Under the pieces are notes generated by a model. That model searched no databases. It saw only the letters and a list, made by a program, of their open reading frames with translations, and was not told the DNA's origin. The position numbers and the translations under genes were made by a program. DNA of 64,000 nt from the human T2T-CHM13v2.0 reference genome, Homo sapiens: assembly GCF_009914755.1 (NCBI RefSeq), contig NC_060928.1; one strand, given 5' to 3'. Positions 29,284-44,729 of this stretch are shown one piece after another; the stretch's first letter is position 1; each line of letters begins with the position of its first letter.

Positions 29284-30466
29284 TCACACAAATGTGCAAA
29301 AAAAAAATATTTATTGCAACATTGTTTGAAAGCAAAAATTGCAATTAGCTCAGTGTTCACTAATATTGAACTGGTTGTAGAAATTACAGCAAATCTGTAT
29401 AATAGAAATGGTTCAGTAATCAAGAACTTTAAGATAAATCTATATAGGCTGATATGGAATTCTCCAAAAAAAATATTGTTAAAGAAAATAAAGCTTGGTA
29501 CAAAAGCAGCTAACAGCATGATTCCATTGTTATTTAAAAGAATTTAAAAGGCACATGCATGTTTGCTTTAAGGATATTCAATGTCTTTCTATCTGGTTTC
29601 AATTAACTGGTTTGTTCCCTATAATTTTCATTGACCATAATAAAAAATGACTAGTAATGAATGCTCCATTTTGTTTGGATTTTGATTCTCAGGACTATGC
29701 TTATTTTGTAGATTTTTACTGGGGAACTTTTCGTGGGTTTTTTTTTGTTTTGTTCTGTTTTTTGTTTTGTTTGTTTGTTGAGGTATTACCTGACTTACAT
29801 TTACACTTTAATATAACTTCATCATAAATATAATAATTTTTAAAGTAAAAATTCCATATTTCCATGTGGATAGAAAATTCCTGGGAGGATATGTAAGAAA
29901 CTAGTAACAATGATTTGGAGAGTGGAAGTAGAAGTGAGACGGGGGTGGGGGACTTCACATTTCATTTCATAGCTCTATGTACTTGTTTAATTTTTTATCA
30001 TGTGCATATTTTCTATAAAATTAATAATTTAAATTAAAACGAGAGAATCTTCCTGAATACCAGTGCCATCATATAAGTGATCCCTACACTAGTGGCCCTG
30101 AACTTTTGTCCCCAGGCCTGTCTCCTATTCCTGGCCTAGGATTATCTCTTGAAAAGGATAACAAATTTGGTTTTCTTGGTTTTTATTTTCAGTTCTCTGA
30201 GACTCCACTTGCTTTCACTCTGGCTCCTGTTCCTCCTACTTCAGGTAACCATTGCATAATCTAACCCGTAGTCCATCTGTCTGCTTAACTAGCACCCAAA
30301 CCTGGCCTTCCATAAAAGGGAGTAAGATAAAACTTTCATAAAACTGCCCAATACAGGCAACACTGTCATGCAGGAAATGCTACTGTAATATTTTATGGAA
30401 ATAGACTTCATTAAGATGCTCAATAACTGCATTACATCCAATTTAGAATTGGTGGTAGTTGTCACG

Positions 30467-30789
30467 TTTTTGTTTTTGTTTTTGTGTTTGTTTTTGTTTT
30501 TGTTTTTGAGACAGGGTCTCTTTCTCTCACCCAGGCTGGAGTACAGTAGTACAAACATAGCTAATTGTAGCCTTGACGTCCTGGGCTCAAGTGATCCTCC
30601 TGCCTCAGCCTCCTGTGTAGCTGGGATTACAGGTGCATGCCACCATGTCTGGCTAATTTTTTAAATTTTTTTGTAGAGACAGGGTCTCACTTTGTTGCCC
30701 AGGCTGGTCTTGAACTCCTGAGCTCAAGAGATCCTCCCACCTCAGCCCTAAAGTGCTAGGATTACAGGTGTTAGCCACTGTGCCAGGCC
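30467..30789 (-). mobile_element. AluJ
   Basis: Alu dimer, (TTTTTG)n tail. Confidence 0.92.
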
Positions 30790-32316
30790 ATGTTTTTGTT
30801 GTGGAATGGTAATATTATTATGGATTTTATATGCTTTAAGGCTGTGTGAGCAGATGCACGCTTAGTTCAGATTTACGCCATATAACATGCATTATTGCAA
30901 AATAGTAGCTGAAGTTGGTAATTTTTTTCTTACTGGTCTTCAATGGGCCCATTTTTGGTGCAACCCTGGTCAGAGAATATATGGGAATGTTGTTTCGCAT
31001 AGACTTGGGGTCATATGTAGTTTGCAAGGGAGAGTTTCTTATTTGTCTCTTACCCACCCCTCATTCCCGTGGTTGGTTTTCTTTCACCATTTTTATACAC
31101 TACTTTCCTGACCATTACTTCCACCTCCTAAGTCTAGCGTGAGTACTTTTCATCTCTGCTACTGTGATAGGTTACCCTGAGTTGTTAACATGTAGCCAAT
31201 AATAAATGATGACATTCCCGACATTTTCACAAGGAATAAAACAATGTATATAGGTGTACATGTCAATTTTTGATGTCCAAACTCATTTCATGCTTTTTCT
31301 AACCTTTATTTTTTGCCATTATTTCTAACATCTATTTCTGGGCAAAGTTTTCTAGATGAAAACTTCCTGATTTGTTGACATTTTCTGGTTGAATAACTGC
31401 CAGATTCTCATTTGGCCTTTATGCTTCATTCAGCTCCAAGTGGATAAACACTAACAAGGAAAGAAAACAGATATTCAGAACCAGCCTAACTAACATACGG
31501 GTTTTTTTTTTCCTACTCTGCCAATGTCACTAGTATTATTGCAGCTTCAATTAATAAATGTGGATTGTTGCAGCCAAAACACAATTATTATTTTTCCAGC
31601 AATTGTATTAAAACAGTATTAAAATGATTATTCAGGTACCCAACTCTTTAAGGACAGATGGGATTCTATATAACTGTCTGAAAAGCTAATTTGGCAAAAT
31701 GATATTTGTTATTTTAATTACAGAATTGGAGAGGTATTACCATGGAAAACAAATTCTCCATTTGGCTGAGTCCAGAGCTTTCAAGAAGGAAAAGATTGCT
31801 ATGGTGATCATTATTGTGGTTTGCTGGCTATCGTCAGATAATAGCATTCCAGATGAGCAAGGCACCTAGTGATCAGCAATTTTTGCCTTCGGTTTTTGAA
31901 CATTTGGGCAGACCTTAGCAATGCCTTCTCTACTCCATGATCTGCTCTTTCATTATTTCTTTCTATTGCAGAATCCTGTTTTGCCTGAGTATGTCCAGGT
32001 TCTTCACAGAATTCTCCTACCTTTTATACTTTTTAAATGTTAAAAATTAAAAATATTAAAAAATAATAAATAAAATAAAATATGTTAATGGACCTGAACA
32101 GATAGGTGACTAATACATGTTGTATTCCTCCAGCAAATATCTTAACTTCAGATAATGTGTTAGCTCCCTATTTTGTCAATTTTGTAAGTGTGAAGTTTCA
32201 TTTATTAAGTAATGAATGATATCTACTATGAGTAACATTTCATATATAATAAACCTCACTATTAATATAGAAAGTATGGATTATTAGCAACAGTATATTA
32301 ATTAATACTCAATTAG

Positions 32317-32386
32317 CCTGGAGTCTCTCTGAGCCTACTCTGGCTCAGGATGCTGCCTGATAAAAAAAAAAAAAAGAAAGAAAAAA
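32317..32386 (+). mobile_element. Short MER51/MER57-like LTR R-region fragment with poly(A) tail
   Basis: CCTGGAGTCTCTCTGAGCCTACTCTGGCTCAGGATGCTGCCTGAT + A14GAAAGA6; flanks are unrelated AT-rich DNA. Confidence 0.7.
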
Positions 32387-32526
32387 CTTCAGCTAGAAGG
32401 ACTGCAAATATTTTTTAATGTGAAGACCTGTTTTCATCTGAGATGTAAAAGGAAAAGACTGAAATTTTACTGGTTAGTATAATGATCATTGGAAAGTGAC
32501 AATAATGCTTTCAAAATTATGATTAG

Positions 32527-33179
<653 letters not shown>

Positions 33180-33244
33180 TAAAAATAAGTTCTTGAAGTT
33201 AAGCTACAATATGCAATTTGGATGGGAAGTTTCTTGAAATCTAA

Positions 33245-33538
33245 TTTTTTTTTTTTTTTTTGAGACGGAGTCTGGCTCTGTCGCCCAGGCTGGAGTGCAG
33301 TGGCGCGATCTCGGCTCACCGCAAGCTCCACCTCCCAGGTTCACGCCATTCTCTGCCTCAGCCTCCTGAGTAGCTGGGACTAGGCGCCTGCCACCACACC
33401 CAGCTAATTTTTTGTATTTTTAGTAGAGACGGGGTTTCTCCGTGTTAGCCAGGACGGTCTTGATCTCCTGACCTCGTGATACACCCGCCTCGGCCTCCCA
33501 AAGTGCTGGGATTACAGGCGTGAGCCACCGCGCCCAGC
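33245..33538 (-). mobile_element. AluY
   Basis: GCAAGCTCC..TTCACGCCATTCTC; TSD TTGAAATCTAATTTTT. Confidence 0.95.
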
Positions 33539-33606
33539 CTTGAAATCTAATTTTAATTAATGTTTTGTCATCACTATATTTTGTGATCAAATGAAATAAT
33601 TGATGT

Positions 33607-33735
33607 GGCCGGGCATAGTTACACACACGTGTAATCCCAGCTACAGTGAGGCTGAGTGAGCTATGATTGTGCCACTGAACTCCAGCCTGGGCAACAGAGC
33701 CAGACCTTGTCTCTAAAAATAATAATAATAATAAT
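33607..33735 (+). mobile_element. FRAM/FAM-like Alu monomer with internal deletion
   Basis: GGCCGGGCATAG..GTGAGCTATGATTGTGCCACTG; TSD AATAATTGAT. Confidence 0.75.
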
Positions 33736-34089
33736 TGATTACTACTAATAAATATGTAACTGACAGTTTTTTGCTTCTTTAATAACTATATCATATTATC
33801 AGCTCTCACAAAGAACAATTACTTTCATTACATTGTTTTCTTTTCAAATGTCTTTATAAAACGGGTTCTCTAAAGCTATAAATGAATAAATAATTTTAAG
33901 CCAGGTCTTCTTTCTTAACTCAGGTATGTTCTTTTTAGAACTTCCTTTGAAGGGATGACAGGCCAAAAGATGGAAATGGGAAGCAATAGAGGGAAATCAA
34001 AATTTCACTGCTGCTATTTAACATTATTGTGAAGTCAATTCACCAACTTCAAAAGAACAGTGATAGGAACTGGCAAAAAAAAAAGAGAT

Positions 34090-34470
34090 CAGACAGAATA
34101 AGTAAACAGAGGTTTGAATGAAAGACTGAGAAACTTGGATTTAATTCTACAAGTAAAAGGAAGTCAGTGAGAGTTTCTGACCAGAGAACTGACACAATAA
34201 AAAAATTATTTTTGCAAAGATTAATCTGCAACTCTGTCATGAATAAACAGGAGTCAAGAGATGGAAAACAAAATTAATATAGGAATCTGATTATAGTTAT
34301 TCTAGCCAGAGGTCCTGAACACCTGGAGTAAAGTGGTTATTATGCAGAAGGCAGATAGTATTTAAGGAATGTTATAAAGAAGGAATGGGCAAAGCTTTTG
34401 GACTGATTGATATGGGTAACAAATGATAGGGACAGATAAAAAGGACTCCCTGATTCTGGGCTTATTAGGG
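34090..34470 (-). mobile_element. L2 fragment
   Basis: GACTGAGAAACTTGGATTTAATTCT; GACTGATTGATATGGG. Confidence 0.6.
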
Positions 34471-34639
34471 TAGCAAAGTCAACAAATATTTTTTATGTAA
34501 GGACATCTTTTTGAGAAATTCATAGCCACCTACAAGATCATAGTCGTAATTTAAAAATCCAATGATGGAGAAAAATATTTAACAAATAATTGCTATTAAC
34601 TCAATAATGCTTTTAGATGAATATATATTTATAAATAAC

Positions 34640-34770
34640 ATCCGCTATATGTCTGTTCACACTGTGCACTGTTTGACTCTTCTGCATATTGACACTGATA
34701 TAAATGTCAATTATAGCACAACCTAGAGTTGTGCAGTATACAACCTACCCTACTGTACACAGTAGTCATG
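34640..34770. mobile_element. MER91-like hAT-Tip100 MITE
   Basis: GAGTTGTGCAGTATACAACCTACCCTACTGTACACAG terminus. Confidence 0.5.
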
Positions 34771-35072
34771 GACTGTAGCATCTATATATCTCTGAAAACA
34801 GTTGAGCAAAACTTATGGAAACCCCACTTATTCAGTCCTCAGATATTATCTAGTTCAAGATGACTTCAGGGATGTTTTCTAAAGACTCTATAATTCACAA
34901 GGGACAGTCATCTATATATCAGATAACAATAAGAGGAGGAAAAACAAGAGGACTATATTGCTGTGAACAGTGATGGGAAAGTTCATAGAAAGAAGAGTTC
35001 TTCTTCCTTACAAAATCCCTGAGCCTCTCTGCTTTCTAAGATAAAGTAGGGGCTAAGAATGATCTACTCTAC

Positions 35073-35522
35073 TATATTAGTTTCCTAGGGTTGCTGTAAC
35101 ATTACCACAAACCTTGTGGCTTAAAACAACATAAATTTATTTTCTTACAGTTTTGGAGGCTAGAATTCCAAAACCAAGGTGTCAACAGGCCATGTCTTTT
35201 CTGGAGGTTCTAGGGAAGAACCCTTGCTTGCCTCTCCCAGCTTCTGGTGACTTTCAGCAATCCATGGCATTCTTTGGCTTGTAGCTGCATCACTCCAATC
35301 TCTGCCTTCCTCTTTACATAGGTTTCTTCTCTGTGTCTTTATGCATATTCACCTTTTCTTATAAAATCACCTATCATTGGATTTAAGACCCATCCTAATC
35401 CAGTATGATCTGGTCTTGGGATCCTTCACTAATTACATCTGCAAAGACCCTTTCAAATAAGGTTACATTTTGAGGTTCTGGGTGAACACAAATGTGGGGG
35501 GAACATTATCTAATCTACTACA
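35073..35522 (-). mobile_element. MLT1B MaLR LTR
   Basis: TATTAGTTTCCTAGGGTTGCTGTAAC..CCACAAAC..GTGGCTTAAAACAAC; TTACATCTGCAAAGACCCT. Confidence 0.88.
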
Positions 35523-36451
35523 TATATCTATGTGAAAAACCTAAATATTTTGCAGGCCATGCTCTCAAGTCTTTTAAAGAAAATGCTACCTCTTACAGTT
35601 GCTGAGTTTTACAAAGGTAAAGATGCAATATGTTCAGATTCTAAAGCTCAAATAAAAAAATAACAGCCTCAAGACCACAATGGGTGTGGGTTACAGCAAA
35701 AATGCTTTGGTTGAACAAAGCAGCACAGGGCATCAAAGAAAAGTCAATGTCTCCAAGCTCCTGCTTTAACCTCTTGAGAACATAGCCTTCCCTTGAGTAA
35801 TGACTTTCACATTCATTGTTTTGATGTACTTTTTCCTACTTGTGATAAAGTCCTGCTTTTATTTCATTATGAAAGAAGAAAATGAAGGAAAGAAGATAGG
35901 ATACAATTCCATGGGCATGTTATCTGACTCTTTTCATAAAACAAAAACCTTTTATTTTGTTGTTAATTGATGTTTAAATTGTACAGTTAGTTATTATCTT
36001 GATTTTTCCTTTCTTAATCTAGTTTTGTATATTCATTCATTGAAGCATAATTGGAATATTTTATCTAAAACATTATGATTGTTTATTAATATAGAATAGA
36101 ATAGGTGAGACTTTTAAAATATTAGTTTATAATTCTTTTTGAAGTTTGTATAGAATGGTGAATTTTTAAAAATTCATCACGATGTTTTTTCCTAACATGA
36201 ATTATTTATCGTTTGCATAAAAAAGAGGTAATTTTATAAAACTATCTTTCTTATTATTCTTTGTTGCTTTCACATTTTCACATAGCAAATTAAAGGAAAA
36301 ATTACATTATTGCAGGAATTCAGTAACCTTTTCCTAAATAAGTTTAAATTTGTTCTGCTATCTATATTAAATAATAACAGAGGAGATACGTTTCACCAGA
36401 ATACTAGGGGCTGTTGGCAAAGAGATGGGAGAAACTGTGCCCCTGCTATTA

Positions 36452-37282
<831 letters not shown>

Positions 37283-37537
37283 AAAATTACAATATATCAG
37301 TAATGTGATACAGTGGTGATATTTATATATTGCTATGACATTATAGAATACAAGTTGGTAGGAGAAAGCTTCACTGGAAGGTGACATTTGAGCTAAATTT
37401 GAAAGGATAAGACTTCGCCAAGAGGAGAGTAAGTTGAATAAGGATATTCTAGGCAAAATAAACAGCTGTGCTAATTCATGGAGTAGGTAGTGTTCAGAAA
37501 ATGGTAAGAAACTTATGTGTATAGAGAATAGGGTTTG

Positions 37538-37826
37538 GGCCAGGCGTGGTGGCTCATGCCTGTAATTCTAGCACTTTGGGAGGCTGGGGTGGGCGGATCA
37601 CTTGAGGCTGAAGTTCAAGATCAGCCTGGCCAACATGGTGAAACCTCATCTCTACTAAAAATTTAAAAATTAGCCTGGTTTGGTGGCGCACACCTATAGT
37701 TGCAGCTACTCGGGAGGCTGAGACACAAGAATCACTTGAACCCGGGAGGCAGAGGTTGCAGTGAGCCGATGCACTCCGGGCTGGGTAATAGAGGGAGACT
37801 CAGTCACAAAAGAAAAAAAAAAAAGA
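37538..37826 (+). mobile_element. AluS
   Basis: Alu dimer with small right-arm deletion. Confidence 0.92.
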
Positions 37827-38437
37827 AGAGAGTTTGTGAGCAGATGGAAAATACTAGGAAATGAGAATAAGATAATAAAGCAGATCGGGATGAAGTTATG
37901 ATGTACTTTATCCATGTAGGAGAGATAATATTTTACAAATATTAAATTAATGCATTGTAATGTCTCTGTAAAAGCATGCTCCTTTGTATTCTTCTCATTT
38001 CAAAGTCAACTCATGAGATTTATCGTACCAATGAAGAGGAAATACTGTAAAGTGGCTTTTGATTTGCTTTGAGTCTCAAAGCAGACTTTTTTTGACCTTC
38101 ACGAGAGGATAGTAATTGTGAGAGCAAGGTTTTGTAAGGTTTTGTAAGAGACAGAAAAGGATTTACTAAATTTCTTGGTTTCTCCCCTTAATATTTCAAA
38201 AGCCAGTCTGTATAGTTTGTATGAGGGAGATCTGATCCAGACAGAAAGGCTAAGTTGGGAGAGCTGCCCCTTTGCATCTTCGTGGATTACAGCAGAAAGT
38301 AAAGAAACAGGCAGAGTGAGGAAGGCAGGCATCGGTAATGTCTCCCTCTCCTTCCAGTTCATGCTTTCAGGCAGCAGAGGGATTGGAGGTAAAGGGTGGG
38401 GCATAAGAGGGAAGAGCACTTAGAAAAAGTAAAACAA

Positions 38438-38728
38438 GGCTGGGTGCAGTAGCTCTTGCCTGTAATCCCAGCACTTTGCCAAGGCAGGCAGATCACCTGA
38501 GGTCAGGAGTTCAAGAACAGCCTGGCCAACATGGCAAAACCCCTTCTCTACTGAAAATACAAAAATTAGCTCAGCATGGTGGCCCATGTCTGTAATCTCA
38601 GCTACTCTGGAGGTTGAGGCGGGGAATCGCTTGAGCCCAGAAGGCAGAGGTTGCAGTGAGCCACGATGGCGACACTGCACTCCAGCCTGGGTGACAGAGC
38701 AAGACTCCGTCTCACATAAAAAAAAAAG
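38438..38728 (+). mobile_element. AluS
   Basis: Alu dimer. Confidence 0.92.
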
Positions 38729-38769
38729 AGGGGACTGGAGACTGTGGGTTTGCGTTGTTGTCGTGGGCA

Positions 38770-39040
38770 ATGGGGTACAGTGACCTTTAATGCCATGGAA
38801 GGCTTGGTAGAAAATGAATTTGAGACAGAGAGGAATCAAGAGTTTTGCCTTGTCTGTGTTAAGTTTGAGATGCTAATTAATCCAGGAGGAGATATCAAGT
38901 TAGGAGAAAGATATACAAGTCTAGAGAAGAAGAATTTAGAATTGGAGATGGGAGATCAGTCTACAGGTCATCTGCAGCATATAAATGGCATTTAAAGCCA
39001 AGCATTACCTAGGATGAGGTCAATTACACAGGGAGTGAGG
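38770..39040 (-). mobile_element. L2 fragment
   Basis: GGAATCAAGAGTTTTGCC..TGTTAAGTTTGAGATGC..ATCCAGGAGGAGAT. Confidence 0.7.
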
Positions 39041-39499
39041 AACTTCTTTCCTCACTACCAAAGGCTGTGTGAAGTGCACAGCCTTCTCCTCCCACCTTAG
39101 AGACTCTTGGAGAGGAACAGTGGAGAAAGAAGAAATCTGAGAGACTAAGCATGCTACCTTAAGTGACTATGCATTAATCCAAAGGGATATTTAAAATTGT
39201 TTTACTAGATTATGTCCACAGATTTAGAATAAAATTTTTTACCCACCACACAGTAAGTGAAGGCTTATGGGAAATATAGGATCAGCCCTAGAGAAAATAA
39301 AGAAATTCCATTTTCTTTGCTCCCCTGAATATAATGTGAATAAATCTAAGATCTTTTATCACATATAATTTTAAATGCAACAATTCTTACTATTAACAAA
39401 TATCTGCTCCTATTACTCCCCTGAAATGAAATTCATGGATAATAAAACGAACCTATGCATAGTTTCAAAAACAATCAATATAATATTTAACATCATATC

Positions 39500-40046
39500 T
39501 GTATAAGAGAAAAGAGAGGAAAGTAATTTGTAATAAAATAGTATTTATTTCAGTATGTCAATGCTCAGGCACAGCTATACTAGAAAACATGAAGCAGTCA
39601 GATGCTTGCATCTATTTATAGTTACATATCATAAATGTGACAGCCACAATGCAGGTACATTTTTGGCAACTCAAATATCCCAAGCAGCATCTACCGCCAG
39701 TGGTAAGATTCTCCAAAATGGTGAACAAATTTTGTAAAACTCTGAACAAAGAAAAGTAAATGCTTCCCTCAATTTACACAATACTTCCATTTCTAGAAAA
39801 TTCTTGTTTATATGCTGAAACAGATTTTCACCTACATTAATTGCTAGGGAGACACTTGAAAGTTGTGCAGGATGTGGACAATATTTTGTTGAGAAAGACT
39901 CTTTGTTCACACACTGCAGGATCTAACTTTCCCAGCCCCTGCCCAATAAAAGCCAGTAGTACTTCTAATCTCTGAGACAACCAAGAATGTCCCTACACAT
40001 TAGCAAATATCCCTAGGGAACAGTATCGTTCCCACTGAGGACTACT
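39500..40046 (+). mobile_element. MER20B-like DNA transposon
   Basis: Homologous to 1-415; terminus GAGACAACCAAGAATGTCCCTACACATTAGCAAATATCCC. Confidence 0.65.
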
Positions 40047-40189
40047 CTTTAAGTGATGTAAGACTATGTTTTAGTTAATACAGAATCAATGAAAATATGA
40101 TAAGCAGAAATGTGTCCACACACAAATGTTTTGGAAGATATTACCAATGGCATCATATAGATTGAAATGCGTGGAAATTAATGGCCAAC

Positions 40190-40790
40190 AGTTACATTCA
40201 GTGGCTGTTTCAGTGCTTCAGATAATAGATGATAAAAGCTAGATTAAGATCATGGTATTATAAAGGGAGAGAAGAATACAAATCTAGAGACAGTCTAAAG
40301 CAAAATGTAAAATATTTAAAGGTCAATTAGACATAGATTCAGGAAGACTTCGAATGTAGTATGGCTCTGAGCTTTCTAACTTAGAAGACCAAAAAATTAT
40401 AATGCTATTAATAGTGTTAATAAATACAGGAAAAAAACAGATTTGAAGGACATGGGGGTAGAAGACAAGTTAAATTCAATTTCATGCACGTATAGCTTGA
40501 AGGAACTGCAGGGTGATTTTGCTTCCACCTAATTTACTATCATTAATTCATTCAACAAGTATGCATTATCGACTGTCTGCCTGGTATTGGGTCTGTGGCA
40601 GTAAGACAGTCATGTTCCCTGTCCTCAAGGAACATAGCATTTAATGAGAAAGACTTACCAATAATTATATATATAATTCTCTAGTTATAATTGTTGTTAG
40701 TGAAGTTGTGATAAGTGCAATAGTTTGACATCCAGAGAAAGGCTGATCTATATTTGGGCAGTAAAGAGATGATCCTTGAGTGGAAGGCAC
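40190..40790 (-). mobile_element. L2 fragments
   Basis: ATTCATTCAACAAGTATGCATT L2 3' end (reverse); TTCCCTGTCCTCAAGGAAC. Confidence 0.6.
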
Positions 40791-41142
40791 CAGCAAATTT
40801 TATGCTCCCCAGTTTCTCAATCATATTTCTTTATGTCCCTCTGCATTGGTAGGATATGACACTGGTTGAAAAAAGTATTGAAATGACCTATTGTCCAATT
40901 TCCTCACCCATTGTCTTGTGATCTTTGAGCAAGGCTTGAAAACTTTATGATCCATCATGGCTTTCATGGGAGAACAGAGCTGTTACATCTTCCATAGATA
41001 AAAAATGCCCACAGCTGAACTCATTGGGAAAAAAATAAAACAAATCTTTTTCCCTGTTTAAATTCAGACTCTTTATTACCAAACACTCCTAACTCTTAGC
41101 AGGGCCATAAGAGTAACTGTTCTTTTAAAAGTCTTATGTACT

Positions 41143-41448
41143 GCCGGGCTTGGTGGTTCATGCCTATAATGCCAACACTTTGGGAGGCCAAGGCAGAGGG
41201 ATCACTTGAGGCCAGTAGTTTGAGACCAGCCTAGGCAACATAGTAAGACCCTGTCTCTACAAAAAATAGGAAAAATTTGCTGGGTGTGGTGGTGCACGCC
41301 TGTGGTCCCAGCTACTCGGGAGGCTGAGATGGAAGGATCACCTGAGCCCAGAAGGTGGAGGCTGCGGTGTGCTGTGATTGCACCACTGCACTCCAGCCTA
41401 GGTGACAGAGCAAGACCTCACTTCAAAAAAAAAAAAAAAACAAAAAAC
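41143..41448 (+). mobile_element. AluJ
   Basis: Alu dimer. Confidence 0.92.
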
Positions 41449-42116
41449 CTCTCATGTTGGTTCTTTCAAAAATTGTATGAGACCAACAATCTTTCTAAGG
41501 CTAGGAAAGCGAACACCCAATCTAACAAAATTGCAGATCAGTTCCAGCAAAATTAGCAGGTCCTCAGCCCAAATCCTGAGGGTCCACACCAGTACACAGG
41601 AAGACTGAGATTACCCAATGCTCCTCATACCCCAATGGAGACTGTATCCCAAGGGAATCTTTCCCTCCTCAGTCGTACCTCGTGAAGAAAAGCTGGTGGA
41701 GCAATTTTTTGAATAAGATAAAGTCTTAAAAAATATCAGAACAAAAGGGAGGGCATTACTAAAGTGAACTTTGGTGAGTTATAAAAATCTATGGATAAAT
41801 TAAGTTTCTTCTTCCTATAACATGGCCAAATGATGTTCACAACATGCATCTTCAAATCACTCAATATTGGCCAGGAGTCATAGCATCAACTCAGGACAAA
41901 TGGGAAATATTTTCCATGTTTTGCAATTTTCACTGGAAAACCATATTTCAAATATACTTTTAATAAATAAATCACTACTCTTTTCTAACTCACAGTTTGA
42001 AAAACCAAAATTTGTGTGAACTTCTGCATTTTGCCCCTAGACGCAAATCCTAGTTAACACACACACTCATACACTCTACTTTTATTTAATAGAAAAAATC
42101 TAAAATATTATAATCC

Positions 42117-42752
<636 letters not shown>

Positions 42753-44126
42753 TTAACATCTATCTTCACTTAAAAAATATCTCAGGACCAAAAGACCACG
42801 AATTCATAAAGCTCTCAATCATCCTGCAAACACATGGTAGTTCTGTTAAGAAAACCTAGGTGATTAGACATTTTTGGAAACTTAATTAAAGAGGGGTGCT
42901 CCTAAAGATGAAGACAGTTTTGCATCTGTGACATGCTGTTTTCCTATCATCCTTGATAATTTGAAAACTACAGACATGTGCATCTCTTTGTAGCGTAGAC
43001 AGGGTCTATGGAACATCTACAGAAGAGTAATTAATTTGTGTGAATGTCTAATTCGGAAGTTGTGGGAAATTATGTATTAAAATATTCTGAGTATTTTTAA
43101 GAAGTTGTATAATATATACATGATTAAATAGATAGTTTAAGTCACCAATTATTCTCTTTAAATGACAGTTCTAATGCAGATAGAATTGGTTGCATTTCTG
43201 ATGATAGGTGTGTTTTTAAAAAATTGTTTATGTTAACTAAAAATGATAATTGTGGAAAATATTGAGCCACCTTGATAAATGGGGCCAGAAAAGAAATGAT
43301 GATGAATAGATTCAAATCCTAGGGCATAAATTCAAATCAAATGTATTTCGATAATGAGGTCTCACTTAGCTATAATCTATTTGGGAGCCTCTATTCAAAT
43401 TCTCAGATATGGGAACTTGGAAAACACAAGCTGATGTAATATTCTGAAAAATCCTCCAGGGAAAAGAACATCTACATAACAAGTGTATCAAATGAATTTT
43501 GTTCAAGAATTTAAACGAAAATGTTAAAGCTAAAAGAGCAATACTGGATTATGAAAGTAAAATTATTTTGCATTATCATTTTAAATCATTCTCTCTGTTT
43601 GGGAACTGTAGTAGTTCCTTTCAAGAATATATTCCTTATCTGAAATGAAACTTTTGTCTGCCTTGGGTAAAAACAGTATCATTTTCATGACAGCATTTAG
43701 CTTAATAAGAGTAATAAAACAAAAGACTCCCATAAATGCATAGTAGTATATAAATAGCTCCTACTTTGGCCACACCCACCTAAAAATAAGGAAAGATTAA
43801 TGTTTATAATAAATCCCACTGGATTTGAGAATATTTTTGAATTTGAATATGAAAGTTCCTATGAGAAACATTTGCATTTTGCCACTGCAATAAAATAAAG
43901 CAAATTGTAATTAAGATAGAATTTAATTAAAACACTTTACTAAATTGTAATTCTTGAATGCCTACCAAACCATTGTGATAATATTCTCAATGACTAGTTA
44001 AGATAGAAAAAAGCTTTTTAATTTTAAGTAGTTTTCTAAAAGTATAAGGAATCCTCACACTAATCTTAGTTTACAGTTCAAAATGTTAATATATGGTAAT
44101 TAGGCTACCTTCTAAATTACTATTAG

Positions 44127-44462
<336 letters not shown>

Positions 44463-44729
44463 TAATGTATTCAATAAAAATTTAGTTATATGAATTTAGC
44501 AAGATGTAAATACTTGTGATTATTTATGGAGTCAAAATTGTTATACGTTATTCAGTAGGTATATACTATCTTCTTATGTTGGTACAAATAGGAATCTCAT
44601 AGAATACTTATAAAATTTAGAATCCTTGATAGACCAGGAAGGACAATTATAAGTTACCTACTCTGAAATCTACATTAAAAATTTGTTTCTGAATTATAAA
44701 ATCAAACATGCTCAAAGCAAAAGTTTAAA

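Noticed and set aside
31724-31869. Acceptor followed by peptide ..RAFKKEKIAMVIIIVVCWL.. resembling GPCR TM6
   Set aside because: Hydrophobic stretch too short, no CWxP proline, stop soon after and no other GPCR segments; likely chance
39061-39085. Hairpin AAGGCTGTG-N7-CACAGCCTT
   Set aside because: A 9-bp stem is expected by chance in 64 kb and is too short for a pre-miRNA
43296-43400. C-box-like ATGATGA (snoRNA?)
   Set aside because: No suitably placed D box or terminal stem
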